DNA of 55,613 nucleotides, taken from contig LXFE01000132.1 in the NCBI GenBank assembly GCA_001929475.1, forward strand, positions 1 to 55,613. Direction: 5' to 3'. The position numbers and the translations under genes were made by a program. How positions within the stretch are numbered: position 1 is the first letter of the stretch; the number at the start of each line of letters is the position of its first letter. Below, piece after piece: positions 1 to 11,908 of this stretch. Under the pieces are notes generated by a model that was not told the DNA's origin, did no database searches, and was given only the letters and a program-made list of their open reading frames with translations. This DNA is from Neolecta irregularis DAH-3 (Eukaryota).

Positions 1-1205
1 CCCCGCCGCAGCGCTGCAGCCCTCTATGTGCGCCTGCATGCCCAGCACTGGCGGGCGACTCTCTTGCTGCTCATCGACGAGTTTGATGCCGCCCTTCCTC
101 TTACTGCTGCTACTCCTCTTACTCTTACTACTCCTCTTACTCTTACTGCTGCTGCTGCTACTCCTCTTACTCTTACTGCTGCTACTCCTCTTACTCTTAC
201 TACTGCTACTCCTCTTACTCTTACTACTGCTACTGCTACTGCTACTCCCCTCGGTCTTGTTCCGCCAGACTCGCCGCCCGCCGCTGCCCGCAGACTCGCC
301 GCACTGCTCGATCTCGCCGATGCCCTGTTCCGCAATCCCCCGTCCCGCCCCGTCAAAACACCCCTCGGCTCGCTTCTCTCCGCAATCGCCCGCGTCCTCC
401 AGCCCCCCGCTCGCTTGACCCTCCTCGCCGTCTACAGCCGCTGTCTTGCCCTGCTCGCCCGCCTCGCCGCCGCCCTCAACCACGCGCTCCTCCCGCACCT
501 CGCCTCCATCCTCGCCTCCCTCACCCGCCTCCACTCAACCTGCCCGTACCTCTCTTTTTCCGCTCATCTAATCCCAGCCACATCGCCCCCGATCTCTACT
601 CCTGCCTCGCGGAATTCCTCCCCCGCTACAGCCATGCAGTCTCCTCCTCTCCCCTCGTGCCCTCTCTCGTTCCCCTCGCAATCTCTCACTCAAGCCCCTC
701 GCATCCCTTCTCTTCCCCAGCCCGCGCATTCCTGATCGCCGCGACCACTTGCCTTCATCTCCCTAAAAATCTAAAGGCTCAAATAGAACGCCTCATGATC
801 GTTACTAAAAATATACACGGCCTCCAGAGATGTGTCCTGGCACCCGGTCGAGTCCAGAATCTCATTTTGCCCCATGCGATCAGGCTTTTACACTCCTCCC
901 GTCACTTTACTTTGGTCGATCCTCTTATTCATCCCCGCTTTTCTCCTTTGGTGGATCTGAATCATGAGATCGAGAGTAATGAAATCGCAAACGAGATCAC
1001 TACCTGTACAAACATCGAGAGTCCCCAAATCGCTACGAACACTGACAACCAAATCGCTACGAGTAATATCGAGAATCACGAAATCGAAATAATCAAAACT
1101 AACGTGAAAATACATGAAAATACCACCACAGATGTAAATATGGATACCCACAGCGATGATGATGAAATACCACAAATAGATATAGACGATACTGATGATG
1201 AGTAA
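1..1205 (+). CDS. Partial gene (5' end outside window), probable pre-rRNA processing protein Rix1/PELP1-like
   Basis: ORF 28..735 joins ORF 657..1205 via a GT-AG intron at ~546-577. Leu-rich helical repeat character, 'RPVKTPLG' motif and acidic C-terminus 'DSDDDEIPQIDIDDTDDE' resemble fungal Rix1. Confidence 0.6.
95..250 (+). repeat. Low-complexity coding minisatellite (ctactcctcttactctta / ctg units) encoding (TPLTLTAA)n
   Basis: Directly visible repeated units inside the Rix1-like frame. Confidence 0.9.
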
Positions 1206-1448
1206 AAGGAATGCATATTTGAAATAGAAATTAATCAATAATAGACTAATACAATTTGTATCATTTCAGTTAATCTGAAAATTTGATGAATGGAAGGGGC
1301 CGAATGCTGAAAAGTATCTCCAAATGGGAGTAGGGCAAGTTGGAATTGGGGGTGTGATACAAATTTATCAAGATTCCACTTCTCCGGATTGTTTAGCCAG
1401 AATCCGCGATTCAAAAGAGTTCTAGAATTTCATATCTCTAGCTCATCT

Positions 1449-3636
1449 CTAGTCTAATGATTGCCCTTGAAATTCTCCATATTTTTGGACAACTTGTTCC
1501 CAAGTAACCTTGCCCCCAGTAAGGTCTTGAAGAACCTGGCAGATATCTATTTCACTTGCCCGGATCTGTGTGGTACTGTCGCGTTCCCGCAAGGTTACGC
1601 TAGACACTATTAGCTCTATAGTCTCCCCACGTACGTCTTATCCTTGACAGTTTGGAAGTCTATGGTTATCCCAAAGGGTGTACCGAGCTCGTCGTTTCGC
1701 GCATATCGTCGTCCGATATTTGCGCTTGAATCATCGACTTTATTGGAAATACCAATATTTCGAAGTGTGGCAGCCCAATGTTTGACGATTGGTATGAATT
1801 CGGGGCTTCCAGATAGAGGTACCAGTAGACACTTTATGGGAGCAATAATGGGCGGGAACGATAATACACCTCGCTGAGAGTCCTCTGGACGAGACCAGTA
1901 TGAATGCTCGATGAGTGAATATAATATCCTCCCTATCCCAAAAGACGGTTCGATGACGTTTGGCGTGTATTCGCGTACTATATATGAGAAAAGGATACCT
2001 CGATAATATACCCGACTCCTTCCTTGTAACTTTAATAAAAGTGACAAACTCCGAGTTGAGAGTAAATGTCTGTCCATTGATATCAAACGATACTGATCCA
2101 GTTTGGCTAGCCCTTTCCATCTCTTCTTGTGTCATTGCTAGAAGCCGCTCCTCGACGGCTTTTGCGTCTTTCTTGAATTTTGGTCCAAGAACCTTTTTGT
2201 TTATCTGGCCTTCCCATTCATGGTAGACTCTAGGCTGCTCGAGATTCTCTCGGACAACAAGTTTTCTATTTGTCTTTTTCGAATGAACAGTCAAGTCGTA
2301 AGCAGACCGATCTGCGCAACCGACACATTCAATCCATCCCTGCTTTTGTTAATTGACGAGTGTAAAAGTCGCGTACGTAGGATGTTTGGAGCTCGGCGTC
2401 CCAGCAATCACATGCATAATGAGCCATCTCGTTCTTCATGTGTTGTCTGAAACGAAGTTTGCTGGCTGTGATGCCGATTTTCACTAAAAACTGGTGGATT
2501 CGGACTAGAAAGTATCCAAGCGTGGTATTGTCCACGATCCCCTGCATGTCAAGTGAGATTTGGCGTGGAGACGGACCATTTCCACTGCTTGGCCAATGGT
2601 CAATTCGGTAATATCAGTCTTTCCTGCTTCTTGGGTGTCCTTTGGCAGAAAACACAATTTCACATCTTTGACCTCGTTGAAGCGAGCGTGACTTTTAGTT
2701 TCTGGGTCGACATAGTGTTCGATTTCCGCCATGAGGAATTCGCGCACACGGAGTAATCCACTTCTAGGGCTGATCTCATTCCTGAACGATTTTCCAATCT
2801 GCGCGCTGGCAAAGGGCATGCGATTGTTGTTGAATTCTAAAAGCCGGGAAAAGTTGAGAAACTGTCCCTGGGCAGTCTCTGGTCGAAGGTAGCCCTTGAT
2901 AGCCCCGGTTGGCCCAATAGAGGTATCAAACATGAGATTAAACTCTTGCGGGGCTTCTAGGGGTTTGTCAGTGACGGGGTTGCGTATACTGTATTGCACA
3001 ATCAGCTCTCCCATCTCCTTGCCAGAATAACCGTCAATCTATGATCAGTTGGAATGAATACTAATTCCAACCTTTGCAAGAATTTGCTCGTACTCAGATT
3101 TAACAGCATTGTCGAGTTTGAGGGGCTTGACCTTGGCCTTGCGCTTTTTGGTATCGTCAGGAGATTCGTGGACTGATTCGCCTCGCGCCTCCTTGTCGCC
3201 CTTTAGACGGGCCTCGAGGACTTGCTCAATGAGATGGTCTGCTCTGAATATTTCTCCCGAGGCAGGATCTTTGCACATCCAGTCGGCAAATCGTTCGACG
3301 TGCCCCGAGGTCTTGAGGACTTCGGCCGGTGCTTCAACGAGTCAGCCAAAAAATACAATACGGCATACTGATGATTGTTGTATCAATTTCGAGCATGTCT
3401 TCCTCTAGCACAAAATGTTTTCGCCATTGATCGACGATATTCGCCTGGAGAGCGCACGCAGGCGGGCCGTAGTCGTATAGACCAGCTACGCCGGCATAAA
3501 TTTCAAACCCAGGCGCGACAAAGAATCTGCGTGAAAGCAGCGAGTCGAGCTGTTCTTTGTCAAATACGGGTCGCGCAGGACGAGCAGTCATCTTTTGGTA
3601 GGTGCGAGATCGGGCGAGGTATAGAACCCGTCGCAT
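1449..3636 (-). CDS. GRS1: Glycyl-tRNA synthetase (6 introns); upstream ATG 3636 and second ATG 3591
   Basis: Motifs [71 protein letters not shown]; all six introns GT-AG. Confidence 0.97.
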
Positions 3637-3689
3637 ACCATCAAAATTTCTTCTTCCTCCCAAATTTCATCTTTTTCTTCCAAAACAAA

Positions 3690-4665
3690 ATGGCACCACA
3701 CCCGCCTAGAATCGCAAACAAGATCCGCCGCGAGAATTTCTATGCCCTTCAGAAACGCGCAAAGCAGCAGGATCGCCTCGCGCGCCGTGCTGAGCAGCGC
3801 CGGGTCGAGAAAAACGACCCGGCGGCAAAAGAACGCCGGTTGGCTGCAAATGTTCCTGCCACAATCGAGTCCAAGCGCGAGTACGATGAGACGATGGTCA
3901 AGGTGGATGCCGATATTCTTGCGCTGGAAGATGCAACAGACGAATTCGCATCTTGCCTCAATGGCTCAATCACTCCCAAAATGCTGATAACCACTTCAAA
4001 AGACCCTTCAGCAAAACTCCACCTTTTTTCTGCAGAGCTGGTCGATTGTTTTCCAAACTGCACGTATGTCAAGCGCGGTCACCGCTTTGAACTGGAACAA
4101 ATTGCTGCTTTTGCTTCCAACCGAAGCTATACCGACCTTTTGATCATCAACGAAGACCAAAAGAAACCAAATGGACTGCTGTTGATCCATCTGCCAGCCG
4201 GCCCAACTGCATATTTCCGCCTCTCGAGCGTCCAGCCTGCTGCAGAGATCGCGGGCCACGGCAGAGCAACGTGCCACAAACCAGAACTGATTCTCAACAA
4301 CTTTTCTACCCGACTCGGCCATACAGTCGGCCGCTTTTTCCAGTCTCTCTTTCCTCTTCTGCCCCAGTTTGAAGGCAGACAAGTCGTCACACTGCACAAT
4401 CAGCGCGACTTTATATTCTTTAGGCGTCACAGGTTAGTTCTGCTCGCAATAGGTACTTATTCTAGGTATATATTTAAAGACACGGAAAAAGTAAAGCTCC
4501 AAGAGCTCGGGCCACGGTTTACACTGAAGCTACGGAGATTACAGCGGGGTATTCATGATAGGAAGAACGGCGTCGTGGAATGGGAATTCAAGGTATGCTC
4601 CTTGCTCTACATCCTCTGATTCGTAGCAAAAAATGGAAACATCACGTCGAAAGTTCTTTCTCTAA
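3690..4665 (+). CDS. RPF1: Ribosome production factor 1 (Brix domain), 2 introns
   Basis: LIHLPAGPTAYF, PELILNNFSTRLG, RQVVTLHNQRDFIFFRRHR, LQELGPRFTLKLR; C-terminus QKMETSRRKFFL after the last intron. Confidence 0.95.
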
Positions 4666-4707
4666 TCACCCTTGATGATACTATTATACAAACCTCTTAA
4701 TCAACTA

Positions 4708-5931
4708 TCAGCTTTTCCACAACTGATATAGAATCGCTAGCAAAAGTATAATCAATACAACCACCATTGGTAGATTTGATCTTTTCAACACCTTGTCAAG
4801 ATCATGCACCCGAACAAAGGAATCGACTGAAGTCGTGGCGAGCTGTTTTCCCGAAGGACTGAATGAAATAGCAGTGATTGCAATATTATGAACATCCGGG
4901 ATATTCGATAATGCCTGGAAATTAGATTTGAAACGCAGAAGGAATAAATCACTTTGAATGTACAAACATCCCAGAGTTCAATACTCAGATTACCACATGC
5001 AAGGGCAAGAATTCCAGAATCGGACAAATCCATTCCACTCACAGCCAACAATCTTTTACTCAACTGTATTTTTCTCCCTTGTTCCAACGTACCATTCGAT
5101 ACATCGTATTCAATGAGACATGCAAAATTCTTTTTCCCCACCCGTTCATTCATAGCACAGACTACTTTATCCTTGAAACAGCGAATAGCTCGTAATTTGC
5201 CGCCAACAACAACACATTTATTGGATCCGTTATGCAAAACATGCAGAGCTTTCGATGTACAATAGAAAACCTAGAAATCAGGACGTGTTGCAACTAATTT
5301 GTACTTTTTTACCATCGGCAGAAAAGTCGATATCGTAAATTTCGTCATCCTCTTTTACAGACTTGATCTTTTTAAACGCAGAGTTGAGAATTGTCAATCG
5401 GCCATCCGAGCTACCAAGTGCCAGACTTGACTTGTCCCTGGAATAACGTGCAACGCTCTAGTTCAATAAGTAATAGAAAATAGAATGACTCGTACGATAT
5501 AAGCTTCTCCAGCGTTCGTAGAGTAGATATCTTTTTGTTCTTTGGCTTCTATCACCCATTTTCCTTTTTTCTGAAACTTGTGGAATATCCGTAAACTGAC
5601 ATTGGCAGTCTTTGTCTGGTGGATGGCCGAGATGATCGTATTCTGCGATATATCAGTTCGATCCATTCGATTTCAATACATTTTTTCCTATTGCGATAGC
5701 CATGGGGGCTTCCTCTTCTTTACTGAGATCTATTTCAGATTCCTCGGAGAGTCCATCTGTATCGATTCTAAGTGCAATCTCCGGTTAATATAGACAAATC
5801 ACCCCATGCCATACAATTTTATTAGAAATACCCGATTTATTCACACCGCCTCCTCCTGTGACGAAAAGCTCCGAATCCGACTTGAAAGTGATAGCGAAGG
5901 CAGGAAATCCAGAGAGGTTGCATTCGAGCAT
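4708..5931 (-). CDS. SEC12: Sec12/PREB-like WD40 guanine-nucleotide exchange factor with C-terminal TM segment (5 introns)
   Basis: N-terminal 'FVTGGGGVNKSGISNKI' K-loop, WD repeats 'HNIAITAISFSPSGKQLATTSVD', C-terminal hydrophobic helix. Confidence 0.8.
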
Positions 5932-6018
5932 GTTGCTTGGTGTGGTCTTGATTGACGCTTAGAGTTTAACCTCCAAACATATCATCAAGCAGTATATTGA
6001 AAAACATTACATTTCACC

Positions 6019-7066
6019 ATGAAAGAGGACGATCTATATCGACAAACTTCGCAATTCAGATTATGGTCGTTCACCCCTACCGCCCTTCAAGATCTCCGCA
6101 GACGTACAAACTCTGCGGCTATCGAAAAGATTTCCGATTTAATACGTGAAGACGGGAAAGAAACATCAGGAGTCGATTTTCTCTCTTGGGAAGAAGAATT
6201 AGAGCTTGTCAATTTTTATGTAAAGAAGATGAATGACATTGCAGGTGTATTTAAGCTGCCGTCGTCTATAAAGGTATACTTTGTATACTTTAATCCACTT
6301 ACCTTTGGCCACCGCTACTACCTTTTTGAAAAGATTTTACCTGCATAACTCTGTCATGGATCATCATCCAAAAACCATCATGTTTGACAAACATCATATA
6401 TACGGCTGATACATCAGGCTCACATGTCTATTTCTCTGCACCAAGACCGAAAATTACTACATTCCTCTCGAGAAATTTGTTTCTACGATACCAAAGACGA
6501 CTGTGGACGATATTATTCCCCTCGAGCTACCGGTATCTCAGAGTTTAAAGTTTTGCTTCTCTGTACATCACCCTTATCGCCCCCTGCACGGGTTTTACCT
6601 CGATATGCAAGCAGTTTTACCAAACTATGAAAAAGATCGGTTGGGTAAATTGATTGGTGATGCGCGCAATGAAATTGGAGACTCTCTATACGGAGATTCC
6701 ATGTTTTTATATACCCCCTCACAGATATCACTGGCATGTCTAAGGAGTATCAACAGCTCAATTATCCAATTATATATCCAACAAAAAATCACAGACGATG
6801 CTCTACGCGAGAGATTGCTGAATGAAATTAGTGCAGCGCAAAAGCTTATCAAAGACTTTAAATTTCCGAGCAAGGAACGAGTAGTAGAGATTGATAAAAA
6901 GCGGTATTATTGCCAGAACCCCGAACGGAATCCCAACAGCCAGGTATTCAAGAAACGCAAGCAGCAGGAAGAAAATGGCGAACTAGAAAAAGCCAACAAG
7001 AAAGCGAAAATGGCAGAACAGCGTGAGAAAGAGGCTGAAAGTTTTCTTGGACCATGTGTAAAGTAG
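6019..7066 (+). CDS. CCL1: Cyclin H (TFIIH/CAK cyclin, Ccl1/Mcs2); first intron non-canonical GT-TG
   Basis: MKEDDLYRQTSQFRLWSF, ATATTFLKRFYL, LTCLFLCTKTEN, VHHPYRPLHGF, LYTPSQISLA. Confidence 0.93.
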
Positions 7067-7153
7067 ATAAAGAGTGGTTACTTGTATATATTGTCGTTTT
7101 TGGCGCGTGGGGTTAAAATATATTTCAGTTGCAGGAGGTTATCTTCATCCTCA

Positions 7154-9102
7154 ATGCCTCTCGTATCTCGCCCTAGTTATTACAGACTGACCTAGGATGG
7201 CAATGAAGATGATCTCAAAAAGTACTTTCCTACCGCCTTTGGGAAGCAGACTACTGCTCAGAATCTCGAACGCAAGTTTAACGAAACTAAACGATCGGTC
7301 AACGTTGTAAAAAAGCAGGTTCATACATTGTCAATCTCACAGCGCTGCTAACTATCCAGAATAATAAAAACAAAGTCGACAGTGAAGATTATGAAATAAA
7401 TAGCGAATCCTTGCCGAAACCAGGGTTCTCGTCATCCGAAGATGAGGACGATGATCTCCCAATTACTCACGAACTTGCTCTATTGTCACATACCCGAGCC
7501 GTTAGCACTCTGACCCTCGATCCGTCTGGTTCTCGTTTACTGAGCGGTGGCCATGATTTTTGCATGAAGTTTTGGGATTTTGCTGGAATGTCATCGAGTG
7601 CACGAGCTTTTCGATCCCTCGACCCTATACCAAACCATAGACTGCATCATATCCAGTATTCAGTCTCGGGCGATTCGGTTTTAATAATCGGCGGTAATTC
7701 GCAACCGAAAATTGTCGATAGGGAAGGCACAGAACTTGCCGAATATATCCGCGGTGACATGTATCTCAGGGATTTGCGGAATACTGAGTACGTTTTTAAA
7801 TATCCTCTGCTAATACAATAGTGGTCACGTCGCTGAAACTACTCACGGCGCATGGAACCCTATTGATCGCCAAACATTCATAACGTCGTCGGTGGACAGT
7901 ACAATTCGGTGGTTCCGTACATAAAAATCAGGACTAACTCGACAGAATATGGGACGTTAACCGAAAATCAAAGAATTCTTCAGTAATATTCTTGTCCTCG
8001 AAGCAGAAAGGACAAAAGACTGAAGTGACTACCTGCGCATATTCCCCCGACGGCAATACAATCGCTGCAGCTGGAAAAGATGGAACACTTAATTTGTGGA
8101 ATGCGAATGGGCCTTTCCACAGACCTACTTTCGGCGTTGTTAATGGACACACAGCTGGATCGCATACGAGTAGCGTGCTCTTTAGTCGAGATGGCAGGAT
8201 GCTTGTTAGTCGTGGAGGTGATGATACGGTCAAACGTAAAAATACAAAATTTATTGTACTGACCCGGCAGTATGGGACACGAGAAATTTCACCAAGGCTG
8301 TCCGATCGAAAGAAGGCCTTGACAATGCATTCTCAGAAACTAATATTGTCTATTCTCCTGATCAGCAATACCTTTGTTCTGGTATCAGTGTATCTCCGGA
8401 ATCAGATGGAACAGGCAGCCTCATGGTCCTCGATGCGATGACATTGGAGACTGTTCAACAAGTTCCTATAGAAAAGGCGAGTGTTATCAGCTGTCTATGG
8501 CATGGCAAGTTGAACCAGGTATGTCTCTTTCCCTAAATGTTTGTGACCAAAAGATAATTATTGGATCATCAAACGGTAAAATCACTGTACTGTATTCCCC
8601 AGAACTCTCAACAAACGGAGCAAAACTCGCTCTTTCAAAAACTCGGAAAAAACGGTTCATCGATGATGATGCATCACTTACTACTGATATCGATGGTTCA
8701 ACACTTGTCAACGTTCTTCCCAGCGGTAATCCTGATCCAACAGATTCTACACAGGTCTCTTCCCGACGACTGGCGAACATGAATCGGAAAGATCCCATCA
8801 AAAGCAAAAAACCAGACCTTCCTTTTGGAGGTTTGTGGGGTACTGGCGGTCTTTATGGCAAAAAACGCGAGCCTGAAAAGATCAGTGAAAATCTTGAAAG
8901 CATGAGAGACGAAGATCCCAGAGTGGCTTTGCTCAAATATGACGAACTTTCAAAAAATGATCCAATGTTCACGAGAGGTATATATCAGCGTGAGAGCACG
9001 GCTAATTGCGCAGCGTATCAGAAAACACAACCAGTGCCGGTATTTGGTGAATTTGAGGAAGAAGAGGAACATCAGGATAAGAAGTTGAAGCGCTACCAGT
9101 AG
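7154..9102 (+). CDS. WD repeat protein WDR70/GAD-1 homologue (7 introns)
   Basis: FPTAFGKQ, KFWDFAGM, GDMYLRDLRNT, SRGGDDTVKLWD, DEDPRVALLKY, AYQKTQP. Confidence 0.9.
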
Positions 9103-9219
9103 AATAAACTTTGTACAATATTGGAATGAACTATTGCATTTTCATTCCATGTGTAAAACTTGGGACCAACCTCAACACAACCTTTGCCCACTTCATCGTT
9201 CAAATTTGACCAATCCATC

Positions 9220-9561
9220 ATGAAACCTCTAGTCTCTCTTGGGTATGCCTATTGTTGCTCAATAGTCTCGCTGGTGGGTATCATATTCCTGGTACGTTTA
9301 TAATTAGGCCGAATACTATCGTTTACTCACTAGTTGGTTATGTCGGTTCTCTTTTCTCGAGATAACCACGCCGTAATGGGAAGTACCCACGATCCCAAGA
9401 ATGGAAAAGCAGTCGCCGAAACTTGTCTGGGAGCAGTGGTTGTATATGCGGTATGTTCCTGAAAGTTTCAGCTTTTGATAGTTACCCAGCTATTTCTGAC
9501 CATCTGTTCATGTCAAATTCTTCTCCACAGACGAAACCCCGCATATATCGCGCTGTCTTAG
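9220..9561 (+). CDS. Small two-TM protein, V-ATPase V0 subunit f / RNASEK-like (2 introns), absent from ORF track
   Basis: Spliced product MKPLVSLGYAYCCSIVSLVGIIFL-LVMSVLFSRDNHAVMGSTHDPKNGKAVAETCLGAVVVYA-LFLTICSCQILLHRRNPAYIALS; both introns GT-AG. Confidence 0.8.
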
Positions 9562-9956
9562 GGGTTTTCTATCTTTTCACTTCATTATGGCGCAATGTAT
9601 GTATAGAAGGCATTCCAGCCTTCGCGATTCAACGGTTGAAGATTTTAAGATTTGCTCACTGGTCCAAAGTTCTTTATGATCACATTAATTGGAGATTTGT
9701 GAGATTTACTGATATTCCGCGTATGAAAAGACAGAAATTATTTATATTGTGTAGTTTACACAAATCATCTTTTTCACTCTACAAAAGCTCTTGAATTACC
9801 TTGATCAAATGATACACCAGAGTATTGTAAATGTGATGTTTCTAGAGAGGCTGTATTTCAAAGTAAAGGAATAGATTGCAGATGATTGATTTTGAAGGTC
9901 TACAATGTTCCAGGGATTCGGAGTGACTGTAAAAATCGGTGAGAATATCTTGAATT

Positions 9957-10240
9957 GAAAAATGAGACAGAAAGCCCAATGATTCAGACTTACTGTAAGT
10001 GTCTATCAGGTTGTATTTCCTTAATCTAAGCTTGTAGGCGTGTGAGAGCGCAGCCTTTATATACATTTCTACTAATGTCCCTTATATCTTTTATCCGCCA
10101 CCTACTATGTATCCGGGATATACCCATACCAACATAACACTTACTGGAAAATGAGACAAGCGCATTCAGTCTGACTTACCGGAAAATGAGAGAAGAAGCC
10201 CATTGATTCTGACGTACAGGAAAATGAGACAGAAGAAGAT
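9957..10240 (+). repeat. Degenerate ~35-40 bp repeats (gaaaatgagacagaaagccca..gattc..gacttac), 4 copies
   Basis: Copies at ~9957, ~10147, ~10182 and ~10220. Confidence 0.7.
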
Positions 10241-10397
10241 TCCAACAGTACATCTATCTACCTTGCTTGGTTCAGTGGCAGTGAATCATTAGAGGAAAAC
10301 GAAAACTTTACCCGTGAGATCCAAGACAGTCTGTACATAAAAGAGGGCCGCCTTTCCACTTTTCTTACAATCTAGTGGTTATCTATATCCTCTAAAC

Positions 10398-11669
10398 ATG
10401 TTGTCAACACCGTTTATTCTTTTGCTTGGAATCGTTGCCGCTTCGCCAATGTTAAAGGCTCCGCGTGCTACTGAAGAGAGCCAGAGCACCCAGGTTACTC
10501 AGCTACCCCAATGGACTCAGTCACCGGCGGTTACTCCAACGGCTTATATCGACTATTCCAGTGATGATGAGCACTACGAGAGATATAACATGATCCAAAT
10601 GACTCAGGATCCGGAGGTTACCGCAAAAGAATTTCGCTTTCATTCTGGAAATTCTGATGATTCTGATGATTCTGGAAATTCTGACGATGATCTTGCTCAA
10701 TTCAATAGCCACAAGGCCCGGGCTACAGAGGAATATTCAAAAATAGTCAGAGATTGGATTGCCAACGCTCCCTCATGGCTCAATGACTTCTGGAATGCCA
10801 ATCTAGACGACGATGCCGAGTTTCAAAAGGCCAAGCCTGTAATCGCTACACTTTGGAATACGATTCAGCAGTTTGATTTGCCTTCAAAAAGCTACCACCT
10901 TTTGATGTTCCTCCCTGATGCATACCAAAATCTAGTGCGGCTCGTCGCCAGTTCTCTGCAGGAGGTTGACGTCTGGTTTTCCAACAACGAAGTCCATGAT
11001 CTTTTAACTGAATTCGTCCGTATCGGACGACATTTTAATGACGGAAATTTCAATCTAGCTCTTCTTGATCATTGTTTTGCCCACGCATTGGCTAAATCAA
11101 AAGATCAAAATCAAAATCAATATCAAGATCCAATGAAATTTCGCCTTCATTCTGGAAATTCTGATGATTCTGGAAATTCTGACGATGATCTTGCTAAATT
11201 CACTAATGAAGAGCTCGAAATCGTGGGCAAGGCCATAGAAAATTGGCAAATATCATCGAATTCGAATCTCGCTCAGCCTGAAAAACTCATGTCTGGAATC
11301 ATCAAATTATGGAAGATGATGGCTAGTATTGATATCCTTGCAGAAATTAATTCTGATGGTAAATACTATGATGGGTACTTTGTCCAATACTCTGATGACT
11401 ACTATGGACTCTTGCGCATTTTCATGCGTTGTGGAAAACAAATGGGGCTTGAGATGAGCTACTATCATGCTGAAGAATTTTTCGAAAGATACCACGATGC
11501 AACTAATCAAATGGATCTCATGGATGCCAATCTAGAATACTTTGCGAGCTTCTTCTTCAAAGAATTTGAGGACATTACTCGAGTTCTTCAATTCTTTGGA
11601 AGAGCTGAATCAGATGAATCAAGTACCGAAACTTTGGAAGAGCATGAAACAGATGAATCAAGTATGTAA
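10398..11669 (+). CDS. Intronless secreted acidic protein of unknown function with internal repeats
   Basis: 423-aa ORF, signal peptide MLSTPFILLLGIVAAS, two copies of KxFRxHSGNSDD..SGNSDDDLA; TATA-like tacataaaag at ~10334. Confidence 0.8.
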   Translation: MLSTPFILLLGIVAASPMLKAPRATEESQSTQVTQLPQWTQSPAVTPTAYIDYSSDDEHYERYNMIQMTQDPEVTAKEFRFHSGNSDDSDDSGNSDDDLAQFNSHKARATEEYSKIVRDWIANAPSWLNDFWNANLDDDAEFQKAKPVIATLWNTIQQFDLPSKSYHLLMFLPDAYQNLVRLVASSLQEVDVWFSNNEVHDLLTEFVRIGRHFNDGNFNLALLDHCFAHALAKSKDQNQNQYQDPMKFRLHSGNSDDSGNSDDDLAKFTNEELEIVGKAIENWQISSNSNLAQPEKLMSGIIKLWKMMASIDILAEINSDGKYYDGYFVQYSDDYYGLLRIFMRCGKQMGLEMSYYHAEEFFERYHDATNQMDLMDANLEYFASFFFKEFEDITRVLQFFGRAESDESSTETLEEHETDESSM

Positions 11670-11908
11670 GGCTGTGTGAGATATATCTTGAGTTGAAGCT
11701 GCATGGCGTACAAGTGTCACAACTGGAGACTCGTCTCCATTCTATCAAAAGCTGTGGCGAACTCGATTGTTACACTTGTAGATACCAATACTTTTTCCCC
11801 AAGAGTTCATCATTGGATTGAAATTTACTATTGATTTGACAGAAAGGAGTCCTGTATCCCGAGGAACCAAATGAAATTCCAATTCAGCTTTTCGCCATCG
11901 CCATGCCG

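Noticed and set aside
26-418. Poly-Leu ORF and antisense VRVRG ORF
   Set aside because: Alternative frames of the low-complexity repeat inside the Rix1-like gene.
3375-3689. N-terminal extension of the RPF1 ORF in the track
   Set aside because: Begins at a non-ATG codon and overlaps GRS1 antisense; the Rpf1-like sequence begins at ATG 3690.
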